Shown: positions 42,690 through 55,214 of the stretch, one piece after another
How positions within the stretch are numbered: position 1 is the stretch's first letter
How the letters are laid out: the number at the start of each line of letters is the position of its first letter
Origin: Octopus vulgaris
Taxonomy: Eukaryota
DNA: 64,000 bases
Direction: 5' to 3'
NCBI GenBank assembly: GCA_951406725.2
Contig: OX597815.1
Location: 201,686,001-201,750,000 of the forward strand
Position numbers and translations under genes: made by a program
Notes under the pieces: generated by a model
Database searches by the model: none
What the model was told of the DNA's origin: nothing
The model's input: only the letters and a program-made list of their open reading frames with translations

Positions 42690-43403
42690 ACTACTCGACC
42701 CCAGCCTCCCCAGCGGGTAATCTGACGCCTGTCTCCCGCGTTACAGCGAGGATTTTTACCACATTGTGCTGTCCGGAAAGTTCGTGCCGATTTATAGTAG
42801 CTTAACGTTCGACGTATTTTAGAATATGGTTGAGTCCGTAAAATAGGATTTGACTGCACCTCCATTTAGAGCACATTTTAAGCTCGTGGAAGAAGGTTTA
42901 TGTTCCTATAACGATTGCCAACCTTGGATCGAGCTCCTGCATCTTCTCGTTTCCTTTATCTGTACGTGGGATACCCATCGTTGCCAACTTGAGCTTGATA
43001 AATGAAATTCTTTGGATATTTGTTGTGCATTTCCCTTCCTTCATGCATGGTGAGTGAGAATTTTGAGTACCACAGGGGCCATGAACCATATGAGATACCA
43101 TGATATCATAGAGTGTCTGATCAATAGCAAGATCAGGATTTAAAGCCGAAATTTTAGAATCAGTTTGATTTCAATTAGTTTTTGTGCATAGCCAAAGTAA
43201 AATGTGGTAATCTCCTTTCCTGCCATTCCACTATATACATGGAACAGCGTATTTCCCCAAAGATATATGAGTTTGAAAGCAGAAATGCAACGTGTGTATG
43301 TGTGTTTGCGCGCGCGTACTTTTATGGAGGGAAAGAGAGAGTGATAGAAAGAGAGGCAAACAAAGATAGAAGGAGAGAAAGAAAGAGAGAGAGAAAGGGA
43401 GAA

Positions 43404-43444
<41 letters not shown>

Positions 43445-43800
43445 AAGAAACAAAATCTTAGAGAGATGGTGTCCGGTTTTAGTTTCACTTTGTGGGAAGA
43501 ACAACGAGACAGAATCTGTTTGAAGTAGCTTGGAAGAATTTTAGTTTCACTCTGTGGGAGAATCAAAGACACAGGATCTCTTTGACGTAGCATGGCACAG
43601 AGGCACACTGGCAGACAAACAGAGACTATAGACGAGGAGAGAATAGAGGAGACATAGAAAGAAAATTATAGCGGTGGTGTCTCATTTTAGTTTCACTTTG
43701 TGGGACAATCAGACAGGCCGAATCTCATATATACGGACTCAACCATGTTCTAAAATAAGTCGAAAGATATGCTACTATAAATCGGCACGAACTTATATAT
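42690..43800 (-). mobile_element. Helitron-derived element carrying a Rep (HUH) fragment
   Basis: MVHGPCGTQNSHSPCMKEGKC (ORF 42898..43101) and YIVEWQERRLPH (about 43200-43240), resembling the VEWQKRGLPH Rep motif. Confidence 0.85.
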
Positions 43801-43805
43801 ATATA

Positions 43806-44186
43806 CTAGCAGTATCGCCCAGCGTTGCTCGGGTGTGTAAGGGAAATAGCTATATAAGCATTTTTAGAGATGTAAAGTATAATAGCCATCTTAATATGGC
43901 TAACCACAAAAGGGGGGGGGTTACTGTAACTTTTTCGTTCTGAGATATAATAATACATCTTTAGAGAGTTGCTTCCCTTATATATGCAAAAAATGCATTA
44001 AAATGGGAAAAGTTGATGGTATTTATTTTTTTTAAATCGTAGACTCATCGTAGACGCGCGCTAATACCCAGAAGGGCTCGATATGAATCACGACTATAAG
44101 ATACCCGGTTTTGGTTAAACTGCATCGCAAAATGTGGGAGTAGTTAGGAATCTAAATCGTAGGAGACAGACAGCAGACAACCTCAC

Positions 44187-44195
<9 letters not shown>
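43806..44195 (-). mobile_element. Non-autonomous Helitron
   Basis: Reverse-strand 3' end: hairpin cccgagcaacgctggg followed by CTAG|T at 43806-43809; 5' end merges into a TA tract. Confidence 0.85.
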
Positions 44196-44222
<27 letters not shown>

Positions 44223-44620
44223 CAAACTATGCGTCACTGTTTGTGACATTGGCGGATGGACTCTGCATTGAGCATTATGATTGTGTGTTTGATTTGTTTT
44301 AAAAATACAATATCAATGTTTTCCTGCTAAAAGCACATAACACAAGTATGAAAAATGGAGTTCAGTTGTAGTGTGCTGAACTCATGTAGAATTACAGTAA
44401 ACTTTAGCCCAGAAACTAAAACAAAAAACAAAAAGAATATTGAAATTAATTAATTTCAAAATGTTATTAATTCAGTCATTATCTTATATTACCAGTCAAA
44501 CAGTATATTTGACATATCAATATATCAACGTAATTGCTTTTCTACTTTATCTTTCTTTTATTCCTGTTTCCTTTCAATTAATAAAATGATTACTTATTTC
44601 CAATAATGAATAGAATATAG

Positions 44621-44622
<2 letters not shown>

Positions 44623-44651
<29 letters not shown>

Positions 44652-44725
44652 TGTATGTATGTATGTATGTATGTATGTATGTATATATATATATATATGT
44701 ATGTATGTATATATATATATATATA
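44623..44725. repeat. (TATG)n/(TA)n microsatellite
   Basis: Direct reading. Confidence 0.95.
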
Positions 44726-45284
44726 TTACGTATTTATTAAGAACTTGTCAAAGAAAACAAAAAAATACATTCAGTGTCTTTATTAATACTTTGCGGCGCT
44801 GAATTTTATTTCCTTTAGTCATATATTCTTAGATACGTAGGTATTACTGTTCCGGTTCGCAAATCAAAATGTCTTTTACGGAAAATTTATTGTTTAAACA
44901 ATGGCAGTTTGTTACTGTTTTATGAAATATTGAATGCTGCAAATATCTTTCCTAATTATGTCCATTTCTATCCAGATATAAGATATACACTTCAAAGTAG
45001 CCTTTACGAAAGAAATTTTTATAAAATACGGCCTTATTCATGAAACCTGCTAGAATCGTGTAATGCTTCTCTACTCTGTAGTTATCACTTAAATAAACGT
45101 GTCATGACATAATTTAGGATTTCCTCCTTACCTATCTTAGAATTTTCATCTAAATATTAAGCATTACGGATATTATTCTAGCAGAAAAGAAATGTTTTTC
45201 GACACCTATACCTTTACAAGTCCAAATATGCTCTGAATATTATTTACATTATTTACATTCGACGGATATTTGTCCTCATCTTGC

Positions 45285-45435
45285 CGCTACGTTTTGAGTT
45301 CAAATTCTGCCGAGGTCGACGTTGCCTTTCATCTTTTTGGAGGTCGATAAATTAAGTACCAGTTGCGTACTGGGCTCAATGTAATCGACTGGCCCACTCG
45401 CTCTAAATTTCAGGATTTATGCCTATAATAGAAAA
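45285..45435 (+). mobile_element. SINE family 3 fragment (Nin-like domain)
   Basis: gagttcaaattctgccgaggtcgac...gtcgataaattaagtacc. Confidence 0.85.
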
Positions 45436-45439
45436 GTAC

Positions 45440-45838
45440 ATTTATTCCCCACAGGGGTTAAAACAGAGATGGGGCAAACAAGGATAGACAAAGGGATTAA
45501 GTCAATTACATCGACCCCAGTGCTTAACTGGTACTTGTGTAATGGATGAAAGGAAAAGTCGACCTCGGCGGAATTTGAACTCAGAAAGTAAATTCAGACG
45601 AAATACCTATTTCTTTACTACCCACAAAACGATAAACACAGAGGGAACAATCAAGGACAGAAAAACGGATTAATTCTGTTTCATCGACCCCAGTGCGTAA
45701 CTGGTACTTAATTTATCGACCCCGAAAGGATGAAAGGCAAAGTTGACCTCGGCGGAATTTGAACTTTAGAACGTAACGGCAGACGAAATACGACTACGCA
45801 TTTCCCCCGGCTTGCTAATGTTTCTACCAGCTCGCCAC
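45440..45838 (-). mobile_element. SINE family 3 with internally duplicated body
   Basis: Two tandem units catcgaccccagtgc...gacctcggcggaatttgaact; head ggcgagctggtagaaac. Confidence 0.9.
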
Positions 45839-46012
45839 TCTAGTAGAAGAATAAATTGTGAGAGGTACTGAATACAGAAAAATGTGTAAAGCCGATAACT
45901 ATATAATCCACCCAAAATATCCCAGTTTCGCAAAACAGAATTACCATTTAGCCATAAAATAATTCGTACATGTTCAGAGAACACTCTTGTTTCAGTGGTA
46001 CAGAACGTTTTT

Positions 46013-46128
46013 CTAGTATTCTTTTATTCTTGTACTTGTTTCAATCATTTGACGGTGACAATGCTGGAGCACCCCACTTTCATCAAAGAAATTCACCTCC
46101 GTAAGACTATTCCCTGTAAGACTAGTTT
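46013..46128 (-). mobile_element. Decayed SINE family 1 tail, abutted by the MITE
   Basis: tacttgtttcaatcatttgac...atgctggagcacc. Confidence 0.75.
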
Positions 46129-46979
46129 GGGATATTTTCCTTTTGAACGGCACTTTGTAACATAATTTCTAGGCAACTAGAAAGTTTTAAACTTCGTATA
46201 CTTGTAGAATGTGTTTATAAAACATCATTTTTCTCTTGGCTTTATTGAGAAAATTCTATAGTTTGGAAGATATTTCGTTTGAAATTTCTTGCATTTCGGC
46301 AATTTTAACCAATCAATTACCTCCATTAACGTAAATAACATTCTGTGCATAATGAATATGTCCATCCTTTAAGAAACAGATTGCGTTTATTTACATTTGT
46401 GAAGAAAAAGATACCCTTCCCCCACCCTTAACCCTAACTAAGCCTAACTCTTACCCTAAATCTAAAATAGATTGAAATGCAATAGATCGATACTAGTGTA
46501 ATAATTATGGGTGACAATTTCATACGACACCGATACGGAAAATGGGATTTTTTTCTAGCGGTGTCAAATGAAAATGTCACCCATAATTATGGCCCTAGTA
46601 TCGATCTATTGCATTTCAATCTATTTTAGATTTAGGGTTAGAATTAGGGTTAGTTAGGGTTAGTTAGGGTTAGGGTTAGGGCTTGGAGAAGAGTATCTTT
46701 TTTTCTTCGCAAATGTAAATAAACCCACTCTGTTTCTTAATGGAGGGGTATATTCATTATGCACAGAATGTTATTTACATCAATGGAGGTAATTGATTAG
46801 TTAAAATTGCCGAAATGCAAGAAATTTTAGACGAAATATGCTACAACCTATAGAATTTTCTCAATAAAGCCAAGAGAAAATGATGTTTTATAAACACATT
46901 CTACCTGTATACGAAGTTTAAAACATTTTAGTTACCTACAAATTACGTTATAAAGTGCCGTTCAAAAGGAAAAGATCCC
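46129..46979. mobile_element. 851-bp palindromic MITE/foldback DNA transposon, 6-bp TSD TAGTTT
   Basis: GGGATaTTTTCCTTTTGAACGGCAC...GTGCCGTTCAAAAGGAAAAGATCCC; arms about 400 bp; TAGTTT at 46123-46128 and 46980-46985. Confidence 0.95.
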
Positions 46980-47347
46980 TAGTTTTTGTTTAAAAGGTGA
47001 AAATATTTCTGAAATACTCACCTAACACACAAGGACATAATATATAAGATACAGTAATTAATTTATATTGTAGGAGAGTAAAAAGTAAAGAGGAAAAATA
47101 GAATTAATATTTTTGATTTTGTTCCGCTCTATGAATTTAATTTCGTCAATTGCTTGATACAAGAAAAAAGAAATTGGAAAACTCCTGACCAAAACAGAGA
47201 AATTCTAACTTACAAAAATATAAACGAGAAAGTTGCATATATTTCCGCCACGTGACGCTTATCGCGCGCTGGCCCACACACACAAATACATTCATATACG
47301 TGTGTGTGTGTGTGCGCGTGAGTATTTCTTTTAGCTAATGTTTAATA

Positions 47348-47726
47348 TGGAAGCACTCCGTCGGTTACGACGACGAGGGTTCCGGTTGATCCGAATCAAC
47401 GGAACAGCCTGCTCGTGAAATTAACGTGTAAGTGGCTGAGCACTCCACAGACACGTGCACCCATAACGTAGTTCTCGGGGATATTCAGCGTGACACAGAG
47501 AGTGACAAGGCCGGCCCTTTGAAGTACAGGTACAACAGAAACAGGAAGTAAGAGAAAGGTGTGGTGAAAGAGTACAGCAGAGATCACCACCATCCCCTGA
47601 CGGAGCCTCGTGGAGCTTTTAGGTGTTTTCGCTCAATAAACACTCACAACGCCCGGACTGGGAATCGAAACCGCGATCCTATGACCGCGAGTCCGCTGCC
47701 CTAACCACTGGGCCATTGTGCCTCCA
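47348..47726 (-). mobile_element. SINE family 2a, full length
   Basis: Near-identical to 41133..41519. Confidence 0.95.
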
Positions 47727-47954
47727 CCAGAGATAAGTTGTAACTGAACAACAAATATAGAAAGGGAAAGGAAAGTTTATATTCCAAAGCCAAAAGATGA
47801 TTTTTTTTTTCTTTTTAGCTGAGGTGCAATTTTATAATCAAAAGAAATTCAAAATTTAAATTTCGGAGCATAAGACTTAATATGTTATCTGGTTTATGGC
47901 CGAATTCAAATGGGTAGAAGACCTGAAACAATTGTGTGTATGTGTGCGTGTGTG

Positions 47955-48000
<46 letters not shown>

Positions 48001-48758
48001 TGTGTGTGTGTGTGTGTATGTGTGTGTGTGTATTTGTGTCTGTGTGTGTGTGTCTGTGTGTGTGTGGTTACGCCTTTAATAACCAGGGGTCAATTTCAGT
48101 TCAATCGTAGAAGGGTATTCAAATACTTATCAGCCACTCCCTCTCACTCTCTTTCTCTCTCTCTCTCTCCGCATCTCCATGGCGATGTGAGTAAAGAGGG
48201 AAGAGGAGGCAAAATAAGCAATAAAGAAGGAAACGAGTAAGTTACTAAGAAAAGACATCTTGATAGAAGAGAGAGAGAGAGAGAGAGGGTGAGGGGAGGT
48301 GAAGACGATCCACACAAACACGTAATCTGTTGAGATATCTAAAGCAGGTGTCCAGCGGGTATCCTCCGTAACGCTACACCTGCGTCGAGTCATGCATGTG
48401 CGCAGATATTCGCGTACACGTGTCCGCAAGTACGTACATATGTACTTATGAATGTCTGTTTTCGTTTAAAGCTTTCTGCTTTGACCGCTTTTGTAAACTG
48501 CTTCATTTTCATAACTTATTCGACTATAATTCTAACAGATGATATATTTTGATATACTTGCAAATCACATCCCCATTCTTCTTGTGAAATCTGCCATCAG
48601 GGATTCTCAGCCATTCTATTAATTTAATACAAAAAAGACATTTCAACTCGGCGCCATTAAATTTGGCTCTGTACATATTTGTTCTCTACTTGGAGTGAAG
48701 TCAATCGACGCGTATATACATACATGCATAGACACATATAATATATATTTGATATACA

Positions 48759-49155
48759 GGCGCAGGAGTGGCTGTGTGGTAAGTAGCATGCTAACCAACC
48801 ACATGGTTCCGGGTTCAGTCCCACTGCGTTGCATCTTGGGCAAGTGTCTTCTGCTATAGCCCCGGGCCGACCAATGCCTTGTAAGTGGATTTGGTAGATG
48901 GAAACTGAAAGAAGCCTGTCGTATGTATGTATATATATATAAATGTTTGTGTGTGTTTGTGTGTCTGTGTTTGTGCCCCTAGCATTGCTTGACAACCGAT
49001 GCGGGTGTGTTTACGTCCCCGTATCTTACGGGTTAGACAAGAGAGACCGATAGAATAAGTACTGGGCTTACAAAGAATAAGTCCTGGGGTCGATTTGCTC
49101 GACTAAAGGCGGTGCTCAAATGGCTGAAACAAGCAAAAGAGTAAAGAGTAAAGAG
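48759..49155 (+). mobile_element. SINE family 1 with short deletion in the 3' stem region
   Basis: ggcgcaggagtggctgtgtgg...ggcggtgctc^aaatggctgaaacaag. Confidence 0.95.
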
Positions 49156-49192
49156 CATATATATATGTGTGTGCCGGTTTGTCTTTGTGTGT

Positions 49193-49489
49193 GGAGGCGC
49201 AATGGCCCAGTGGTTAGGGCTGCGGACTCGCGGTCGTAGGATCGTGGTTTCAATACCCAGACCGGACATTGTGAGTATTTATTGAGCGAAAACACATAAA
49301 GCTCCACGAGGTTCCGACAAGGTGTCGTGGCAATCACTGCTGTATTCTTTCGCCACAGCTTTCTCTCATTCTTTCTTCTGTTGGCCTGCTCGCTTAGCCA
49401 GCGGGGTGGCGTCATTTCAAGGCTAAAACAATGCGAAGCGCATTGTGACCAGCGATGTGTAGCAGCATCTGATAGCCTGGTCGGTCAGT

Positions 49490-49493
<4 letters not shown>
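49193..49493 (+). mobile_element. SINE family 2b (family 2 head, different 3' tail)
   Basis: First about 185 bp match 2a, then sequence switches to the tail seen at 26961..27082. Confidence 0.9.
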
Positions 49494-49533
<40 letters not shown>

Positions 49534-49604
49534 CTGAGACGAAGAAATACATGGATGCACATCTATATATATGTTTATGCGTGTATATATATATATATAA
49601 ATAT

Positions 49605-49615
49605 ATATATTTTTA

Positions 49616-49656
<41 letters not shown>

Positions 49657-49657
49657 T

Positions 49658-49714
<57 letters not shown>

Positions 49715-50523
49715 ATATATATATAATTGGTGTCGTAATCACTTGATCATGTCATTATCATTTCAGGTTAAATAATAGAATTTCTTCAAAAGATCAATAG
49801 CTATAACTTAATTTAATTCCATTAGAATTTCAGTGAGAATCTAATAATAATCCTTGTAAATAAAGTACTGCATATCTTTCTAATTATGAACATCGTAATG
49901 GATATTAAATTTTTAATTATCAAAGTTAATCTCCTTGCATTTATAATAAGTGACAGACACATTGGTTCATTAATGCTTCTCTTTTGGATAAGGTCATCTA
50001 CAATGCTGATCCACTTGGTTATATTGACAGAGAATCATTTGATCTTAGACGCTGATAGTTTCCTTTAATTTCAAATCAACGACCTAATTCAATTGGAACA
50101 AGATGCGACTTCAGGAAATGAGTTTAGCCTAATGAATTTTTCTCATTGAAAGGCATGTTTCAGTATAATATAATGGGTAGATGTAATGCGTCAATATGGC
50201 CATTGTGTGATTACAATGCTTATCGAAAATAATTGATGTTTAATGTACGTATATTATTCTAGTCATGTCGGCAGCGTTCCAGAATAATAAGTACATTTGG
50301 CGCTAAGATATTAACGATGAGAACAAATGACACGAAGCCTCACAGCAGCTGGGCAGACGACTGTACCTAACTGTAAGTTAATTTGGCACTATCTATTTCT
50401 CTGCCTGCATATATGAATGCGCAAACAATCATAGATTTATGCTTATATTTAAATACACACACACACACACACACACACATGCAAACGCATAAACACATAT
50501 ACACATATATGCATACACGCATA

Positions 50524-50559
<36 letters not shown>

Positions 50560-50592
50560 CATAAATATATCCATATATATATATATATTTAT

Positions 50593-50632
<40 letters not shown>

Positions 50633-50712
50633 ATAAATATATATATATATGGATATATTTATGTCATATATATATATATATTCACATAAATATATCCATA
50701 TATATATATATT

Positions 50713-50745
<33 letters not shown>

Positions 50746-50943
50746 GATATATAGATAGACAGATATAGATATAGATATTGATATGTATATGAATACAAAA
50801 ATATGAATATATATTTATAATAATTATAGTCATCTTGTTATTAGATGCACCATCCATTGCATTCCTTGACTACCAGTTTCCTCCGTGAATTTCTATATAT
50901 ATAATTTATGTTATATATATATATGTGTAGATATATATATTTT

Positions 50944-51036
<93 letters not shown>

Positions 51037-51826
51037 TTGGTGTAGTAATCACTTGATCATGTCATTATCATTTCAGGTTAAATAATAGAATTTCTTCAAA
51101 AGATCAATAGCTATAACTTAATTTAATTCCATTAGAATTTCAGTGAGAATCTAATAATAATCCTTGTAAATAAAGTACTGCATATCTTTCTAATTATGAG
51201 CAACGTAATGGATATTAAATTTTTAATTATCAAAGTTAATCTCCTTGCATTTATAATAAGTGACAGACACATTGGTTCATTAATGCTCTCTTTTGGATAA
51301 GGTCATCTACAATGCTGATCCACTTGGTTATATTGACAGAGAATCATTTGATCTTAGACGCTGATAGTTTCCTTTAATTTCAAATCAACGACCTAATTCA
51401 ATTGGAACAAGATGCGACTTCAGGAAATGAGTTTAGCCTAATGAATTTTTCTCATTGAAAGGCATGTTTCAGTATAATATAATGGGTAGATGTAATGCGT
51501 CAATATGGCCATTGTGTGATTACAATGCTTATCGAAAATAATTGATGTTTAATGTACGTATATTATTCTAGTCATGTCGGCAGTGTTCCAGAATAATAAG
51601 TACATTTGGCGCTAAGATATTAACGATGAGAACAAATGACACGAAGCCTCACAGCAGCTGGGCAGACGACTGTACCTAACTGTAAGTTAATTTGGCACTA
51701 TCTATTTCTCTGCCTGCATATATGAATGCGCAAACAATCATAGATTTATGCTTATATTTAAATACACACACACACACACACACACACATGCAAACGCATA
51801 AACACATATACACATATATGCATACA

Positions 51827-51878
<52 letters not shown>

Positions 51879-51911
51879 CATAAATATATCCATATATATA
51901 TATATATTTAA

Positions 51912-51951
<40 letters not shown>

Positions 51952-52212
51952 ATAAATATATATATATATGGATATATTTATATCATATATATATATATAT
52001 TCACATAAATATATCCATATATATATATATTTATATTATATATATATATATATATATATAGAGAGATATATAGATAGACAGATATAGATATAGATATTGA
52101 TATGTATATGAATACAAAAATATGAATATATATTTATAATAATTATAGTCATCTTGTTATTAGATGCACCATCCATTGCATTCCTTGACTACCAGTTTCC
52201 TCCGTGAATTTT
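49605..52212. repeat. Tandem duplication, unit about 1.31-1.32 kb, near-identical
   Basis: taattggtgt at 49724 and 51034; ctccgtgaattt at 50881 and 52200; few substitutions. Confidence 0.96.
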
Positions 52213-52274
52213 CCAATTTACGTTTAAGTTTGTGTAGATATATCACATGTGTGTATATGTATCATATATGTGTA

Positions 52275-52506
52275 TAGGTATTTCTTTACTGGCCACAGCG
52301 GGTTAAACATAGAGAGGACAAACAAGGACAAAGGGATTAAGTCGATTATATCGATCCCAGTGCGTAAATGGTACTTATTTAATCGACCCCGAAAGAATGA
52401 AAGGCAAAGTCGACCACGGCGGAGTTTGAACTCAGAACGTAACGGGAGGCGAAATATCGCTAAGCATTTCGCCCGGTGTGCTAACGTTTCTGCCAGCTCG
52501 CCGCCC
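52275..52506 (-). mobile_element. SINE family 3
   Basis: Matches 45610..45838. Confidence 0.92.
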
Positions 52507-53089
52507 TATATATGTGTATATATGTGCGTGCATATATGTGTATATGTGTGGGTGCATATGTGTGTATGTGTGTGAATGTATGTGTAAGTGTGTATGCGTG
52601 TGCATGTGTATGTCGGGGTGTGTAAAAGTGTTGTGATGTAGAATTTTGATGAAATCTTTTCTAATATCATACAGAACGTCAATGACAAGTAACTTGCTGT
52701 CTCAACGTGTGTTCGTAATTGCCAAATATGTTACTCGGAGAAGCTGCACAGACGCATCCAACTTGCAGTGGGGTTAAATAGTGTACACGACCTCTCCATT
52801 TGTTTTTATTAGCGGGCTAAGACTGTCGTGGAAATCCAAGTTTTTAACCCCTCCCCCATGCAGTCCAAATACTAATGTTAGCCAATCAGCTACCGTGCTC
52901 AAAATTACAGAGTAAATATTTGTGTTCTTTACTTTCGCTAGTCATTACAGTTTAGAGCGATTCTATAATTAGGTGCAAACATGAACACGTATAGATCCAA
53001 GCAGCGTTCACATTATTTGGTTCCCAACATAGTAGCTATTTTCGCGTAAATAACACATTCTAAGACAGCATGAACGTTATATATATAGA

Positions 53090-53273
53090 TAGGGAGAGTT
53101 TACGAAAAACAAAAAACAAAAAACGAAGACAGGTGGTGTACAAACCAAACTGATGTGTTAGTATAACGCTCAGGAATAGAAAAAGTATTTTACGTTTCGA
53201 GCCTACGCTCTTCTACAGAAAGGGACAGAAAGAACAAGGAGAGAAAAAAATGTGTGTGGTGGCTAACGACCTG

Positions 53274-53275
<2 letters not shown>
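53090..53275 (-). mobile_element. Short TA-embedded element, subfamily 2, variant hammerhead at 53188..53222
   Basis: Reverse complement ttt-CTGTAGA-a-gagc gtag gctc-GAAA-cg-TA-aaa. Confidence 0.85.
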
Positions 53276-53340
<65 letters not shown>

Positions 53341-53349
<9 letters not shown>

Positions 53350-53753
53350 GCAACCTTGTCTCGGGAGACAATGGAGTTGGGCATAAACTAATCCAGTCTG
53401 GTTTTCATTTCATGTCCTCTCCAGTTTCCACTCCAGTTTTGCGCAAGCCTGGGCTAAGTGTAAGAAAATCCTGGGTAGCCCAATCGTCAGGATCCTCTCT
53501 CGACCTTGCTGACGTAGTTCAAAGGAGTGCAGATCACGTTTGGCACGAGCTTTGTTGCAGGAGCTGCCGGAAGAACGTCGAGTCGAAAACTAAACACGGG
53601 GGCTCCGCCCCGGATTTCTTTGGAGGTTGTTTACTTTCCGTAACCCTGGATAGTGGCCCATACCGGGTACTGTCAGCCGGAGCCAGCTGAGCCCAGGACT
53701 CGTGTCAGGCAGGGTCGTCACTCCCTGAAATAGTACAGAAAATCGCTACCCAC
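53341..53753 (-). mobile_element. Non-coding RTE-derived short element (5' UTR-like part joined to 3' tail)
   Basis: GC-rich 410-bp island between TA tracts; reverse strand ends ccattgtctcccgagacaaggttgccaacaacaa, resembling RTE (CAA)n tails. Confidence 0.6.
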
Positions 53754-53766
53754 TACCTACCTATAT

Positions 53767-53849
<83 letters not shown>

Positions 53850-53870
53850 CCATGAAGCATTGTGTAGTGT

Positions 53871-53943
53871 ATTGCATAAAGGATCGTGGGTAAGGCCAAG
53901 TTCCTCCGCATTTTTTGTGCCCTACGCACGAACTTTATACAAT
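53871..53943. repeat. Small hairpin with about 25-bp arms between TA tracts
   Basis: attgcataaaggatcgtgggtaaggc versus gccctacgcacgaactttatacaat. Confidence 0.7.
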
Positions 53944-53971
53944 TTACATACAAATATATATATATATATAT

Positions 53972-55180
53972 ATGGAAAAGTTCTACACTGGATCAAGTAT
54001 TTCCTGGCGAATAGAACACAACATGTTGTAGTTGATGGAGTCCACTCAAGCCCAGCAAAAGTCACCAGCGGTGTCCCCGAGGGGACTGTCTTGGGTCCGC
54101 TATTCTTCATAATCTACATAAACGACCTTTCCAGTGTCGTACATTACTGCAAAGTGAAAATATTTGCTGATGACACCAAGCTCCAGCAAATCGTCAATGA
54201 AGAAGCAGACCGAACTCAACTCCAGTCTGATCTATATGCTGTGAGTCAATGGGCAGACAGAAACAAAATGCAACTGAACGAGGGAAAATTTGAGCTGATG
54301 CATTTTGGAAGAAACTCCTCACTAAAACAGCCATACTCTCTTCCTTCAGGGGAACCGCTCACAGCCTCTAACAATATCAGAGACCTGGGTGTAATTGTTG
54401 ATGACGATCTCAGTTGGAGTGCACACATCAACAAGAAGGTCGATATAGCTCGTAGGATGAGTTCCTGGATCTTAAGAATTTTCCGGTCCAGAGAACAAGG
54501 TGTCATCATACCACTTTTTTCCTCCTTTGTACGGCCACACCTTGAATACTGCTGCCCACTGTCTCCTCACACAAGACAAAACATCTCCAGAATTGAGTCA
54601 CCCCAGAGGGCACTCACTAAACGCATTGAAGGCATGGCTGCTCTCGATTATTGGGATCGCCTTAAAGCCTTGAAACTTTACTCCCTCCAGCGTCGCCGTG
54701 AGCGGTACATCATTTGTACGATGTGGAAAATATACCGCCAACTTTGCCCAAACGACCTAAACATTAGCTTCAAGGTTCATCCAAGACTTGGACCACGGGC
54801 TATACGTCCCCTGCCCAATTCAAGATCACAACATACATGTACACTGCCACATAACTTCTTTTCCTCAACAGGCCCTGCCCTATTTAACATTGCCACGAGG
54901 GAGATCAAAGAGGAAAAGGATCCCATCAACTTTAAACAGAGTCTGGATAGATTCCTTCAAAGAATACCAGATAAGCCACCCATAATTGGATACAACTCAC
55001 CCAACAAGAACTCACTACTTGAACAAAACTGGATACAACTCACCCAACAAGAACTCACTACTTGAACAAAACTTGACTTAAACAGGATTCGAATAATCCT
55101 ATCAGGTGGTGCTATTAAGTTAGACATGGCCTGGACCAATCTCTGGTCGAAGCATATCTAAGTTTATCTAAATCTAAGTT
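53972..55180 (+). mobile_element. 5'-truncated LINE family A copy inserted in (TA)n; RT ORF open to 55065
   Basis: SGVPEGTVLGPLFFIIYINDL and IFADDTK RT motifs; TA tracts on both sides. Confidence 0.95.
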
Positions 55181-55214
55181 TATATATATATATATATATA
55201 TATATAAATGTATA

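Noticed and set aside
43455-43710. Three spaced 21-bp repeats, superficially CRISPR-like
   Set aside because: Irregular spacing, related spacers, inside a Helitron-derived element in eukaryotic DNA
46425-46681. TTAGGG/CCCTAA runs as a telomere or chromosome fusion site
   Set aside because: Short, degenerate, symmetric and internal to a TSD-flanked MITE
41596-47800. caaagccaaaag about 60-80 bp beyond both SINE2a copies, suggesting target preference
   Set aside because: Only a 12-bp match in two cases and the remaining flanks do not align; insufficient evidence
53860-53971. N-terminus of the 401-aa ORF (likewise 58042..58267 of the 298-aa ORF)
   Set aside because: Read-through from flanking microsatellite into 5'-truncated LINEs; not genuine starts or fusion genes
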